Below are positions 31,012 through 40,848 of a stretch of 64,000 nucleotides of DNA, piece after piece. Source of the DNA: Pseudomonadota bacterium. Lineage in GTDB: Bacteria; Pseudomonadota; Alphaproteobacteria; Micavibrionales; UBA2020. The stretch lies in assembly GCA_021845905.1 (NCBI GenBank), contig JAJZVA010000006.1:6532-70531 (forward strand). The letters are read 5' to 3'. The position numbers and the translations under genes are program-made. The notes under the pieces are model-generated. The model was not told the origin of the DNA and searched no databases. It worked only from the letters and a program-made list of their open reading frames with translations. The first letter of the stretch is position 1; every line of letters starts with the position of its first letter.

Positions 31012-34000
31012 ATGAGCGATTCGTCAGGTCAGCACAAGGCGTCGTCCGTCGCCGCTTTTCTATTTTTGCCGCAATTCGGACGCATGCTGAAAGGCGCCTC
31101 GCATATCGCTCCCATCTTCATACGCACCATCGCGGGCATTCTCGTGCAGGCCGACCTCCTGCCGCCGACCCACCCGGCGACGCTTTACGGCGATCCCGGC
31201 GTTGAAAAATGCAAATTCACCCAGATGCTGGGCGATGCCTGGTATACCCTGCGCGCCGACCATGCCACCCCCTATCAGTGGAGCGTTTTCTGCTCGGTCG
31301 GGCTGATCATTTTCTTCGTCATATCCTCCGTCATTATGACGGTCGTCAACCTCGCCTCGGTTTATATCGGTAGCGCGGCGGCGCAGATATTCACCAACAA
31401 TGCGGGGGCGTCGGATTTCGCGTCGCTTAAGGCGGACACAACAACCGGCGGGCTATGGGACAATGCTTTTCCGGTTGCTTCAAACGCGACCAACGGCGCG
31501 CACGGCACGGACTATGCCATCATCTTCCTCGACAAGATGCTTCGCCTCGGCGCAATGAACGGGGGCACGCCGATACAAAACGCCGTCGGCGCAATGATGG
31601 AAGTTTACAATACGGGCATCATGGTGATCGCCGGGGTGATGATTTTCTGGCTGATCGTCTCCGTCGTCATCGACGCCGCGCGCACCGGGCAGATCGGCGG
31701 CGGCCGCCATAACCTCGTGTGGGCGCCGATGCGCATCATCTTCGCGCTCGGGCTCATGGTTCCGCTCGGCGCGAACGGCTTCAGCACCGGCCAGTTCATG
31801 GTGATGAAAGTCGCGGAATGGGGCAGCAACCTCGGCACAAATACCTGGGATGCCTATCTGACAAGCCTTAACAACAACATGCTTTATAAGCTTCCGTCGC
31901 AGAAAAACCTGATGGGGCTCACCAACCAGATGCTCCGCGCATGGGTCTGCGTCGTCGCCGCGAACGGCTATTCGGATCAGGCAGAAGGCGCAAACCTGCC
32001 CAACGAACAGATCGTCGCGCGCTACGACAATACAGGCATCAATACCGCCACAGCCGGCTACAAAAGCTATTCCTACCGCAAGCAGACCGGCTCCAACGAA
32101 TGCGGCACGGTCACGTTCCCCGACCCGACAGATCCATTGCTGACACAACAGCTGGCAGCGGCAAGCGCTCCAAATCCCATAACAGGCGGGCCAAACGATG
32201 CTCTGGAAGCTGCTAAGATACAGTTCGAAATCACCATGGCCACAGACTGGAAGACCCTGTTTTATGCCGGACCCAGCAATCCGCCCGCGGCAGGGGGGCT
32301 TGACAGCCCGGATGGCAGCAGTCAAACGCAAATTGAGCAAATCGCCAATGCTTTTGCCTGCGCCTTCGTCTCGCAGCATATCTGGGGTACCGACCAAAAC
32401 AATCAGGATGTCCTGCACCTGAATTGTTCGGATGGCGGAACGGTCGGCAACCCGGAAACAGCGGGCGGTATTAACTGCAACGGCCCCGGCGGAAAACCTG
32501 CCAGCGGCATATACCCTGACATGTCCTGCGTCGAAGATGGAAATCCGAACTCAAACAAAGCTCTGGAAGATTACATGCAAGGCGAAATCCTGCGCGATGT
32601 TACGGCAGCTTATACCACATACGACAACGCCGTCACCAAGGCAATCGGTAAGGGGCACGGATGGGCGGATATGGGGAGCTTCTTTGAAAATCTCGCCTCC
32701 ATGAACAGATTCGTTCTCTCCCAATCGAAAATCCCCGTCACCATTACAGCCGGATCCGTCCCCGAAGAAGGAGGCTTAAGCGAAAAAATCAACGAAGTCC
32801 TCAACAAATACGATGAATGGTGGCAAAAAGTGCCTTTATCGGCCTCCGCAAGCATAACAACTGCGGGCTCAACACAGGGGGGTAGCGCATTCACGCGCAA
32901 CGTGAATACCGGCGGCAACAATCCCGGCGTCTCGACCAGCAACGGCGGGAGCGGGAGCGGCGGCGTTGCTAATTTTATCAGCCATATGCCTCTCGTCGGC
33001 GCCGTTTTCGGCGGCATCGAAGCCATCGGCAAGCTTGTTAACTTTTTTGTGAACGCCGCCAAATCGGTTGCGCAATTTGCAAAATCTCCCTCAGCCATGA
33101 TTGCACAGTACATTGGCAACAGCATTCACTCCAATCTGCTTGATCTGGTACAACCCGATATTCAGGACAAAACAGCCTATCCTCTGACCATACTGGTAGG
33201 TCTCGGGCATGAGCTGATCGCTTTTGGTCTCGCCCTGCACCTCGCGATTTTGGGATTTTTGGTGATTGCAGGAGCCATTCCGCTGACAAGCCTCGGCTCG
33301 GCAATCGGCTCAAGCAGCCTAATGACGCTCCTGGGTTCGATCGCGACGATGTTCCTCAGTTGCGGCGCCATCCTGTCTTTCTGGCTGCCGCTCCTGCCGC
33401 TGATCCGCGTCGCCTATGCCGTTCTGACGTGGGCCGCGGTGGTTTTTGAAGCTGTGGCGCTGGTGCCGATCGCCGCCCTGTCGTTCCTGTCCACGACCGG
33501 CGAAGGCTGGGATGCCAAGCACGTCTTCATGAACTGGCTGGACGTCTTCACCCGTCCGGTACTGACGGTGGTCGGCTTCGTCGGCTCGCTGTTGCTGTTC
33601 AACACCTTCTTTGACTACCTTTACACCGTTTTCAAGGGAGCCATGCACACGCAAATCACCAGCCAGACAGGCATTACCGGCTTGCTGTTCGGCCTTATAG
33701 CCCTGCTTGCGGACACGGTCGTTTTCTTCATGGTGATCTATACGTCGGCAAACACCTGCTTCAAGCTGATCAGCTCGATCCCCGACGCTTTCTACCGCTG
33801 GGCGCCGATCGGCGGCAGCCGCTCCGGCTCTGAAATGGGCGACGGCGGCGACTTTAGCGGCGGCGTCGGCAAGATGGGCAGCATGTCAGGAGAAGCCATG
33901 GCCGGCGCCGGACAGGCAGGAAACAAACTGGCGAGCACGAGAAGAGAAGCAAGAGAAAGTGCGGATAGAGAAGCTAAAGCAGATGCAAAGAGCGCGGCAT

Positions 34001-34095
34001 CAGAAAGCAGAACACAGGCACGGCACGATGAGATCATTGGTGCGCTCAAAGGACCCGGAGATGATAACCTTCCTCCTGGCGGTTCCAGATATTAA
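31012..34095 (+). CDS. DotA/TraY family type IVB secretion inner-membrane protein
   Basis: YNTGIMVIA...V.D.A.TG..GG....WAPMRI...L.VP...G.S..Q..VM.V...GS.L....W in the N-half; GWADMG; C-terminal TM bundle WLPLLP...W...V.EA..L.P..AL...G.G.......RP.L.V.G...IPD...RW. Confidence 0.85.
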   Translation: MSDSSGQHKASSVAAFLFLPQFGRMLKGASHIAPIFIRTIAGILVQADLLPPTHPATLYGDPGVEKCKFTQMLGDAWYTLRADHATPYQWSVFCSVGLIIFFVISSVIMTVVNLASVYIGSAAAQIFTNNAGASDFASLKADTTTGGLWDNAFPVASNATNGAHGTDYAIIFLDKMLRLGAMNGGTPIQNAVGAMMEVYNTGIMVIAGVMIFWLIVSVVIDAARTGQIGGGRHNLVWAPMRIIFALGLMVPLGANGFSTGQFMVMKVAEWGSNLGTNTWDAYLTSLNNNMLYKLPSQKNLMGLTNQMLRAWVCVVAANGYSDQAEGANLPNEQIVARYDNTGINTATAGYKSYSYRKQTGSNECGTVTFPDPTDPLLTQQLAAASAPNPITGGPNDALEAAKIQFEITMATDWKTLFYAGPSNPPAAGGLDSPDGSSQTQIEQIANAFACAFVSQHIWGTDQNNQDVLHLNCSDGGTVGNPETAGGINCNGPGGKPASGIYPDMSCVEDGNPNSNKALEDYMQGEILRDVTAAYTTYDNAVTKAIGKGHGWADMGSFFENLASMNRFVLSQSKIPVTITAGSVPEEGGLSEKINEVLNKYDEWWQKVPLSASASITTAGSTQGGSAFTRNVNTGGNNPGVSTSNGGSGSGGVANFISHMPLVGAVFGGIEAIGKLVNFFVNAAKSVAQFAKSPSAMIAQYIGNSIHSNLLDLVQPDIQDKTAYPLTILVGLGHELIAFGLALHLAILGFLVIAGAIPLTSLGSAIGSSSLMTLLGSIATMFLSCGAILSFWLPLLPLIRVAYAVLTWAAVVFEAVALVPIAALSFLSTTGEGWDAKHVFMNWLDVFTRPVLTVVGFVGSLLLFNTFFDYLYTVFKGAMHTQITSQTGITGLLFGLIALLADTVVFFMVIYTSANTCFKLISSIPDAFYRWAPIGGSRSGSEMGDGGDFSGGVGKMGSMSGEAMAGAGQAGNKLASTRREARESADREAKADAKSAASESRTQARHDEIIGALKGPGDDNLPPGGSRY

Positions 34096-34102
34096 AAATC
34101 CC

Positions 34103-34130
34103 AAAACCCCGCTCCGGCGGGGTTTTTCTT
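34103..34130 (+). terminator. Intrinsic terminator after the DotA-like gene
   Basis: AAAACCCCGC-TCCG-GCGGGGTTTT hairpin followed by a T-rich tract. Confidence 0.85.
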
Positions 34131-34206
34131 TCCATTTATGCACCTTGTAACGCCCTTGCGCGCAGAGTAAACTGTTGGCGTCTTTATCTTTTTTCAGGAA
34201 AATCGC

Positions 34207-36072
34207 ATGCTCGGAAATCACATGTCCAGACTGGCCGCCGTACTCGTCCTCGCTTGCACCTTTATGCCGCCGCGGACAGCCCGTGCGGATATCGCCGCAA
34301 AGCCCGAGCCCGCCATCGCCATCAGCGGCCAGCCGAAATACCATCCCGGCTTCAAACACCTTGACTACGTCAACCCCGATGCCCTCAAGGGCGGCGCGCT
34401 CCGCCTCGCCCGCGTCGGCACGTTCGACAGCCTCAATCCCTTCGTGCTCAAAAGCACGCCCGCGCCGGGCCTGAGCCTCGTCTACCAGACGCTGATGGCA
34501 AGCACGGCGGACGAGCCGTTCTCCGAATACGGGCTGATCGCAAAATCCATCGAAGTCGCGCCCGACAAAAGCTGGGTCGTCTTCACCTTGCGCAAAAACG
34601 CGCGCTGGAACGACGGCACGCCCATCACCTCCGCCGACGTGGTGTGGACGTTCAACACGCTGATGAAAGACGGCGCGCCGTGGTTCCGCGTCTATTATGC
34701 CGCTGTCAAATCCGTCGTCGCTGAAGGACCAGAGCGCGTGAAATTCACCTTCAAAACGAAAAACAACCACGAGCTTCCGCTGATCGTCGGTCAAATGCCC
34801 GTCCTGCCCGAACATGCCTGGAAGGGCAAAGACTTCGCCACCACCACCACGATGATGCCGCTTGGCAGCGGGCCTTACAAGGTCAAGTCCGTCAAGTACG
34901 GCCGCCGCATCGTCTATCAGCGCGTCAAAAACTGGTGGGCGAAAGACCTGCCGATCGTCAAAGGCATGTATAACTTCAACACCATCAGCTTCGACATCTA
35001 CAACGACGCGACCGTCATGCTTCAGGGGCTGTTCGCCGGGGAATACGACCTGCACGAGGAAAATATCGCCAAAAACTGGTACACCGCCTACGACAAGCCC
35101 GCCGTCAAAAAAGGCTACATCGTAAAAAAGCTGATCCCCAACCACATGCCGCAGGGCATGCAGGCCTTCATCTTCAACATCCGCCGCCCGATGTTCAGGA
35201 ACAGGCTGGTGCGCGAGGCGCTCAATTACACCTTCGACTTCGCCTGGTCGAACAAGCAGTTCGCCTACGGCAGCTACAAGCGCACCACAAGCTACTTTGA
35301 AAACTCCGTCTTCGCCTCATCGGGCGTGCCACGGGGGCAGGAACTGAAGATTCTTGAAAAGTTCAAGAACCAACTGCCGCCGGAGCTCTTTACCAAGCCT
35401 TTTACTCTGCCTACAACCCCCGGCACCGGCTACGGCGTGCGCGGCAATCTGCTCACCGCCGCGAAACTCCTTAAAAAAGCGGGATGGAAAATCGGCCCTT
35501 CCGGTCTCCTCGAAAAAGACGGCAAGCCGTTCAAATTCCAGTTCCTGATCTATCAGGCCGCCTTCGAGCGCTGGATTGAACCCATGATCAACAACATGCG
35601 GCGGCTCGGCATCAAGGCCACGATCCGCCTCGTCGATCCCGCGCAATACCAAAAGCAGATGGACGATTTCGACTTCGACATGACCGAAGGCGGCTTCGGC
35701 GAGTCGCTCTCTCCCGGCAACGAACAGCGCTCCTATTGGGGCAGCGCCTTCGCCGACGTGCGCGGCAGCAACAACCTGATCGGCATCAAGAACCCCGTCG
35801 TCGACAAGCTGGTCGACATGATCATCCACGCGCCGGACCGCAAGGCGCTGATCGTCCGCACCCGCGCGCTCGACCGCGTTCTGTTGTGGAATTACTACGT
35901 GATCCCGAACTGGTATCTGGATGCTTTCCGCGTCGCCTACTGGAACAAGTTCGGCCAGCCGAAAACCGCGCCCGAATATGCAGGCAACGTCACCGGAACG
36001 GCGATAGACACCTGGTGGTACGATCCGCAAAAGGCCGCCACAATCCCGCGTAAATTCCTGCAAGCGCAATAG
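34207..36072 (+). CDS. yejA: Peptide ABC transporter substrate-binding protein (YejA-like)
   Basis: [44 protein letters not shown]; start may be 34222. Confidence 0.92.
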   Translation: MLGNHMSRLAAVLVLACTFMPPRTARADIAAKPEPAIAISGQPKYHPGFKHLDYVNPDALKGGALRLARVGTFDSLNPFVLKSTPAPGLSLVYQTLMASTADEPFSEYGLIAKSIEVAPDKSWVVFTLRKNARWNDGTPITSADVVWTFNTLMKDGAPWFRVYYAAVKSVVAEGPERVKFTFKTKNNHELPLIVGQMPVLPEHAWKGKDFATTTTMMPLGSGPYKVKSVKYGRRIVYQRVKNWWAKDLPIVKGMYNFNTISFDIYNDATVMLQGLFAGEYDLHEENIAKNWYTAYDKPAVKKGYIVKKLIPNHMPQGMQAFIFNIRRPMFRNRLVREALNYTFDFAWSNKQFAYGSYKRTTSYFENSVFASSGVPRGQELKILEKFKNQLPPELFTKPFTLPTTPGTGYGVRGNLLTAAKLLKKAGWKIGPSGLLEKDGKPFKFQFLIYQAAFERWIEPMINNMRRLGIKATIRLVDPAQYQKQMDDFDFDMTEGGFGESLSPGNEQRSYWGSAFADVRGSNNLIGIKNPVVDKLVDMIIHAPDRKALIVRTRALDRVLLWNYYVIPNWYLDAFRVAYWNKFGQPKTAPEYAGNVTGTAIDTWWYDPQKAATIPRKFLQAQ

Positions 36073-36082
36073 GCGGAAAACA

Positions 36083-37201
36083 ATGGCCGCATACATCGTC
36101 CGCAGACTGCTCCTGATGATCCCGACGCTGTTCGGCATCATCCTGCTCAATTTTCTGATCGTGCAGATCGCGCCCGGCGGGCCGGTCGAGCAGATGATCG
36201 CGAAATTGCAGGGCATGAACGTCTCCGCGACGCAGAACTTCAACGGCTCCGGCGCCGATGCGGGGCTGAACACCCGCTCGTTGCAACAGCAGATGAACAT
36301 CTCAAGCGGCGCCAGCGACTATCGCGGCGCGCAAGGGCTTGACCCCGCCTTCATCGCCTCCCTCAAAAAGCAGTTCGGGTTCGACAAGCCGCCGGGCGCG
36401 CGATTCATGCTGATGCTGAAAAACTATCTCACCTTCAACTTCGGCAGCAGCTACTTCCAGAACAAGAAAGTCACCAGCCTCATCCTCGAAAAACTGCCGG
36501 TCTCCGTTTCTCTCGGCTTATGGTCGACGTTGCTGGTCTATCTCGTTTCCATCCCGCTCGGCATCAAGAAAGCCGTGAAAGACGGCTCTCAGTTCGACGT
36601 CTGGACGAGCGGCGTGATCGTCGCCGGTTACGCCATCCCGGGCTTTCTTTTCGCCATCCTGCTCATCGTCCTCTTCGCCGGCGGCACGTATTTTCAGATC
36701 TTCCCGCTGCGCGGCATCGTCTCCGACAACTGGGCGTCGCTCGACTGGCCGCACCGCATCCTCGATTATTTCTGGCACATCACGCTGCCGGTCATCTCGC
36801 TTTCGATCAGCGGATTTGCGGGGCTCACCATTCTGACCAAGAACTCTTTTCTAGAAGAGATCAACAAGCAGTATGTCCTGACCGCCCGCGCCAAAGGCCT
36901 CGCGGAAAGCCGCATCCTTTACCGCCACGTCTTCCGCAACGCCATGCTGATCGTCATCTCCGGATTTCCCATGGCGCTGATGAGCATCTTCCTCACCGGC
37001 TCCGTGCTGATCGAAACAATTTTCTCGCTCGACGGCATCGGCCTGCTCGGCTACACATCGGCGATCAACCGCGATTATCCCGTGATGTTCGGCACGCTTT
37101 ACATCTTCACGCTGATCGGCTTTCTTATCAAGCTTGCGAGCGACCTGACGATGACCTTCGTCGACCCGCGCATCGACTTCGAAGCCGAGGGGGCACGATG
37201 A
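36083..37201 (+). CDS. yejB: Peptide ABC transporter permease YejB
   Basis: [33 protein letters not shown]. Confidence 0.94.
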   Translation: MAAYIVRRLLLMIPTLFGIILLNFLIVQIAPGGPVEQMIAKLQGMNVSATQNFNGSGADAGLNTRSLQQQMNISSGASDYRGAQGLDPAFIASLKKQFGFDKPPGARFMLMLKNYLTFNFGSSYFQNKKVTSLILEKLPVSVSLGLWSTLLVYLVSIPLGIKKAVKDGSQFDVWTSGVIVAGYAIPGFLFAILLIVLFAGGTYFQIFPLRGIVSDNWASLDWPHRILDYFWHITLPVISLSISGFAGLTILTKNSFLEEINKQYVLTARAKGLAESRILYRHVFRNAMLIVISGFPMALMSIFLTGSVLIETIFSLDGIGLLGYTSAINRDYPVMFGTLYIFTLIGFLIKLASDLTMTFVDPRIDFEAEGAR

Positions 37202-38226
37202 CGCTCTCGCCCATCACGCGCCGCCGCGTCGAACAGTTCAAGCGCAACCGCCGCGCCTGGTGGTCCTTGCGCATTTTTCTCCTGCTGTTCACGGTGTCCT
37301 GTTGCGCCAATTTCGTCGCCAACAACAAGCCGATCGTCCTCGAATACGACCATCATTTCTATTTTCCCATCTTCACATCCTATCCGGAAACGGCCTTCGG
37401 CGGCACATTCCAGACACAGGCCGACTACCGCGACCCTTACGTGCAAAAACTGATCAAGGCGAAAGGCTGGATGCTCTGGCCGCCGGATCGCTATTCATAC
37501 CAGACGATCAACTACAATCTGCAACAACCCGCGCCGTCGCCGCCCTCGGCGGAGAACTGGCTCGGCACCGACGATCAGGGCCGCGACGTCTTCGCCCGCC
37601 TGATCTACGGCTACCGCATCTCCATCCTCTTCGGCATCACGCTCACGGTTTTGAGCAGCGTGATCGGCATCACCGTCGGCGCGCTGGAGGGATATTTCGG
37701 CGGGCTGTTCGATCTTCTTTCGCAACGCTTCATCGAAATCTGGGGCGGCATGCCGGTGCTTTTCCTGCTCATCATCATGTCGAGCGTCATCACGCCGGGG
37801 TTTTTCTCGCTGCTCGGACTGATGCTGCTTTTTTCATGGATGACGCTGGTCAACTACGTGCGCACGGAATTTCTCAAGGCGCGCAATCTCGATTATATAA
37901 GGGCGGCCAAGGCTTTGGGGGTCTCGACGCCGGTCATCATTTTCAAGCATGCCCTGCCCAACGCCATGGTCGCGACCGTCACCATGATGCCGTTTATCCT
38001 CACAGGATCGATCGCCGCGCTGGCCAGTCTTGATTTCCTCGGTTTCGGACTGCCGCCCGGCTCAGCCTCGCTCGGCGAACTTTTGTCGCAGGGTAAAAAT
38101 AACTTGCAGGCGCCTTGGCTCGGCATCACGGCATTCCTGGCGCTGGCAGTTTTGCTCAGCCTGCTCACCTTCATCGGCGAAGGCGTACGCGACGCCTTCG
38201 ATCCCCGAAAAATATTCAAAGGATAA
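37198..38226 (+). CDS. yejE: Peptide ABC transporter permease YejE
   Basis: [34 protein letters not shown]. Confidence 0.94.
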   Translation: MTLSPITRRRVEQFKRNRRAWWSLRIFLLLFTVSCCANFVANNKPIVLEYDHHFYFPIFTSYPETAFGGTFQTQADYRDPYVQKLIKAKGWMLWPPDRYSYQTINYNLQQPAPSPPSAENWLGTDDQGRDVFARLIYGYRISILFGITLTVLSSVIGITVGALEGYFGGLFDLLSQRFIEIWGGMPVLFLLIIMSSVITPGFFSLLGLMLLFSWMTLVNYVRTEFLKARNLDYIRAAKALGVSTPVIIFKHALPNAMVATVTMMPFILTGSIAALASLDFLGFGLPPGSASLGELLSQGKNNLQAPWLGITAFLALAVLLSLLTFIGEGVRDAFDPRKIFKG

Positions 38227-38230
38227 CGCG

Positions 38231-39853
38231 ATGGCATTGCTCGACATCAAAAACCTCTCGGTGGATTTCAAAAACGGTCAACAGGTCACGCACGCGGTCA
38301 AAAGCGTGTCGTTCTCCATTGAAAAAGGCGAGATCCTCGCCGTGGTGGGCGAAAGCGGATCGGGAAAATCGGTCACGGCGCTTTCCGTCCTGCAACTTCT
38401 GCCTTATCCCAGCGCCGAGCATCCCTCCGGCTCGATCAGGTTCAAGGGCGAGGAGATGATGAAAGCGCCGGAAGCCGTGTTGCGCGCCATACGCGGCAAT
38501 AAAATCGCCATGATCTTTCAGGAGCCGATGACCTCGCTCAACCCGCTGCACTCGATCGAAAAGCAGATCGCCGAAGTGCTGTTCATCCACAAGCGCATGG
38601 CGCCGGCAAAGGCGCGCGCGCGGGTGATCGAGCTTCTCAACCTCGTCGGGCTTGAAAAACTCACCACGCGCCTCAACGCCTTTCCGCACGAGCTTTCCGG
38701 CGGCCAGCGCCAGCGCGTGATGATCGCCATGGCGCTCGCCAACGAGCCGGACCTGCTGATCGCCGACGAGCCGACCACGGCGGTCGACGTGACCGTTCAG
38801 GCGCAGTTGCTCGCGCTGCTGAAAGAGCTGCAACAAAAAACCGGCATGGCGATCATGCTCATCACCCACGACCTCAGCATCGTCCGCAAGATGGCCGACA
38901 ATGTCGCTGTGATGTATCAGGGCGATCTGGTCGAATACGGCACGACGCAAAAAATCTTCGCCGCGCCGGAGCACGACTACACCAAAATGCTGCTCGCCGC
39001 GCAGCCCAAGGGCATGCCGGAACCGTTCGACACCAAAGCACCGGCCATTTTCAAAGCCGAAAGCCTCAAAGTGCATTTTCCCGTCAAGGCGGGCGTGTTC
39101 CGCCGTACAGTGGATTATGTGCGCGCGGTGGACGGCATCGACATCGACGTCCGCCCCGGGCAAACCGTCGGCGTTGTCGGTGAATCCGGTTCAGGGAAAA
39201 CCACGCTTGGGCTTGCATTACTCAGGCTGATTCAGAGCAAGGGCACGATCCGCTTCAACGGCAAACCGATTGATGACATGACGGCAAAAGATCTGCGTCC
39301 TCTGCGCAAGGACATGCAGATCGTCTTTCAGGACCCTTATGGCGCGCTTTCTCCTCGGCTCTCCATCGCGCAGATCATCGAGGAAGGCCTGCTGGTGCAC
39401 TTTCCGCATATATCCGCAGAGGAGCGCGACAGGATGGTCGTCTCCGCGATGCGCGAAACCGGACTCGACCCCGAGATGCGCCACCGCTATCCGCACGAAT
39501 TCTCCGGCGGGCAGCGCCAGCGCGTCGCCATCGCGCGCGCCATGGTCTTGAAACCGAAATTCGTCATTCTCGACGAACCAACCTCCGCGCTCGACATGTC
39601 TGTGCAGGCGCAGATCATCGACCTCCTGCGCGGGCTGCAGCAAAAGCACAACCTCGCCTACATGTTCATCAGCCACGACCTGCGCGTGGTGCGCGCGCTC
39701 TCCCACGACGTCATCGTCATGCAAAACGGCAAGGTCGTCGAGCGTGGGCCGACGGAACGGATCTTCAACAGCCCCCAAGAGAGCTACACCAAAACTCTGC
39801 TCGCCGCCGCGCTGAATATCGCCGTGGCCACTCCAGACGCGGTTAATCAATAA
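38231..39853 (+). CDS. yejF: Peptide ABC transporter dual ATPase YejF
   Basis: Two ABC domains: GESGSGKS/LSGGQRQR and GESGSGKT/FSGGQRQR. Confidence 0.94.
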   Translation: MALLDIKNLSVDFKNGQQVTHAVKSVSFSIEKGEILAVVGESGSGKSVTALSVLQLLPYPSAEHPSGSIRFKGEEMMKAPEAVLRAIRGNKIAMIFQEPMTSLNPLHSIEKQIAEVLFIHKRMAPAKARARVIELLNLVGLEKLTTRLNAFPHELSGGQRQRVMIAMALANEPDLLIADEPTTAVDVTVQAQLLALLKELQQKTGMAIMLITHDLSIVRKMADNVAVMYQGDLVEYGTTQKIFAAPEHDYTKMLLAAQPKGMPEPFDTKAPAIFKAESLKVHFPVKAGVFRRTVDYVRAVDGIDIDVRPGQTVGVVGESGSGKTTLGLALLRLIQSKGTIRFNGKPIDDMTAKDLRPLRKDMQIVFQDPYGALSPRLSIAQIIEEGLLVHFPHISAEERDRMVVSAMRETGLDPEMRHRYPHEFSGGQRQRVAIARAMVLKPKFVILDEPTSALDMSVQAQIIDLLRGLQQKHNLAYMFISHDLRVVRALSHDVIVMQNGKVVERGPTERIFNSPQESYTKTLLAAALNIAVATPDAVNQ

Positions 39854-39897
39854 AACTATAGTTTATCAATAACTTATATTTGTTCATAATATTTATA

Positions 39898-39926
39898 TTG
39901 ACATATTAATTAGCCTCTTCTATAGT
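39898..39926 (+). promoter_or_regulatory. Near-consensus sigma70 promoter for the ankyrin gene
   Basis: TTGACA (39898-39903), 17-nt spacer, TATAGT (39921-39926). Confidence 0.7.
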
Positions 39927-39959
39927 GTCGGCAATATTTTTCCGACACAGAAGACACAT

Positions 39960-40848
39960 ATGTTTGGCAAAAAGAGCATCAAAAAAAATCATCCGCGCAG
40001 GCGATCTCCCTGCCCTCGAACGCGCGCTGGAGGAGCATCCGGACTGGCTCGATAAAGACGTTAGCGGCTTTGACAGTCACGGAACCAATCTTCTTCATTT
40101 CGCGTCTGAATGCAATCAGCCAGATATCATCACGTTTCTCGTCAAAGAAAGAGGGATGGACATTAATCAAGGAGACTTATCTCGGGGGAAGTTTACGCCG
40201 CTTCATTATGCAGTCTCCAACGCCAAAGAAGCAGTGGAAAGACTTTTAGAGCTGGGCGCAGATGCTGACCGCCGCTCTGTATTCGGACACAAACCTGTCG
40301 ATGATGCAAAAAAACCGGAAATAAAAACGCTCTTTAGACCGGATTACAGGACAATCAATGCCGTCAAATCCGGAGATTTACAGACGCTAAAAGCCATTAT
40401 CGCCAAAGACCCGGATACTATTTACAAACCTCTCAAATGGGACGGCGACGAATACAGCGGAAATGTCCTGCATTTGGCCGCATTTTACGATCAACCCGAG
40501 GTCATTGAATATCTCGTCAAAGAAAAAGGCATGGATGTCAACAACCAGAATTCGCGGCAACGCAACACCCCGCTACATTATGCGGCCTTGAATGATGGGG
40601 AAAAATCAGCCGCAAAACTCCTGAAATGCGGCGCAAAACCGGCCTTGAGAAACAAAGAAGGCATGCTTGCAACGGACCTCGGCAAAAACATCCGTCTCAA
40701 AAAAATATTTGAAAAAAGCAGCGAAAAAAAAAGCGCCGCAACCCGCCGCAACGCCGCGCATCAGAAACTACGATCTCTTGAAAAATTTTTTGCAGTAGCC
40801 CGCCGCCGCGTCAGGCAGCCTGCTTTTGCGCGTCTGTCGGCGCGTTGA
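39960..40848 (+). pseudogene. Ankyrin repeat protein, apparently frameshifted at an A8 tract near its start
   Basis: Ankyrin motifs NLLHFAS, TPLHYA (twice), NVLHLAA in two duplicated modules; ATG 39960 is out of frame with the body unless A8 (39981-39988) is A7; the alternative GTG 39925 overlaps the -10 box. Confidence 0.7.
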
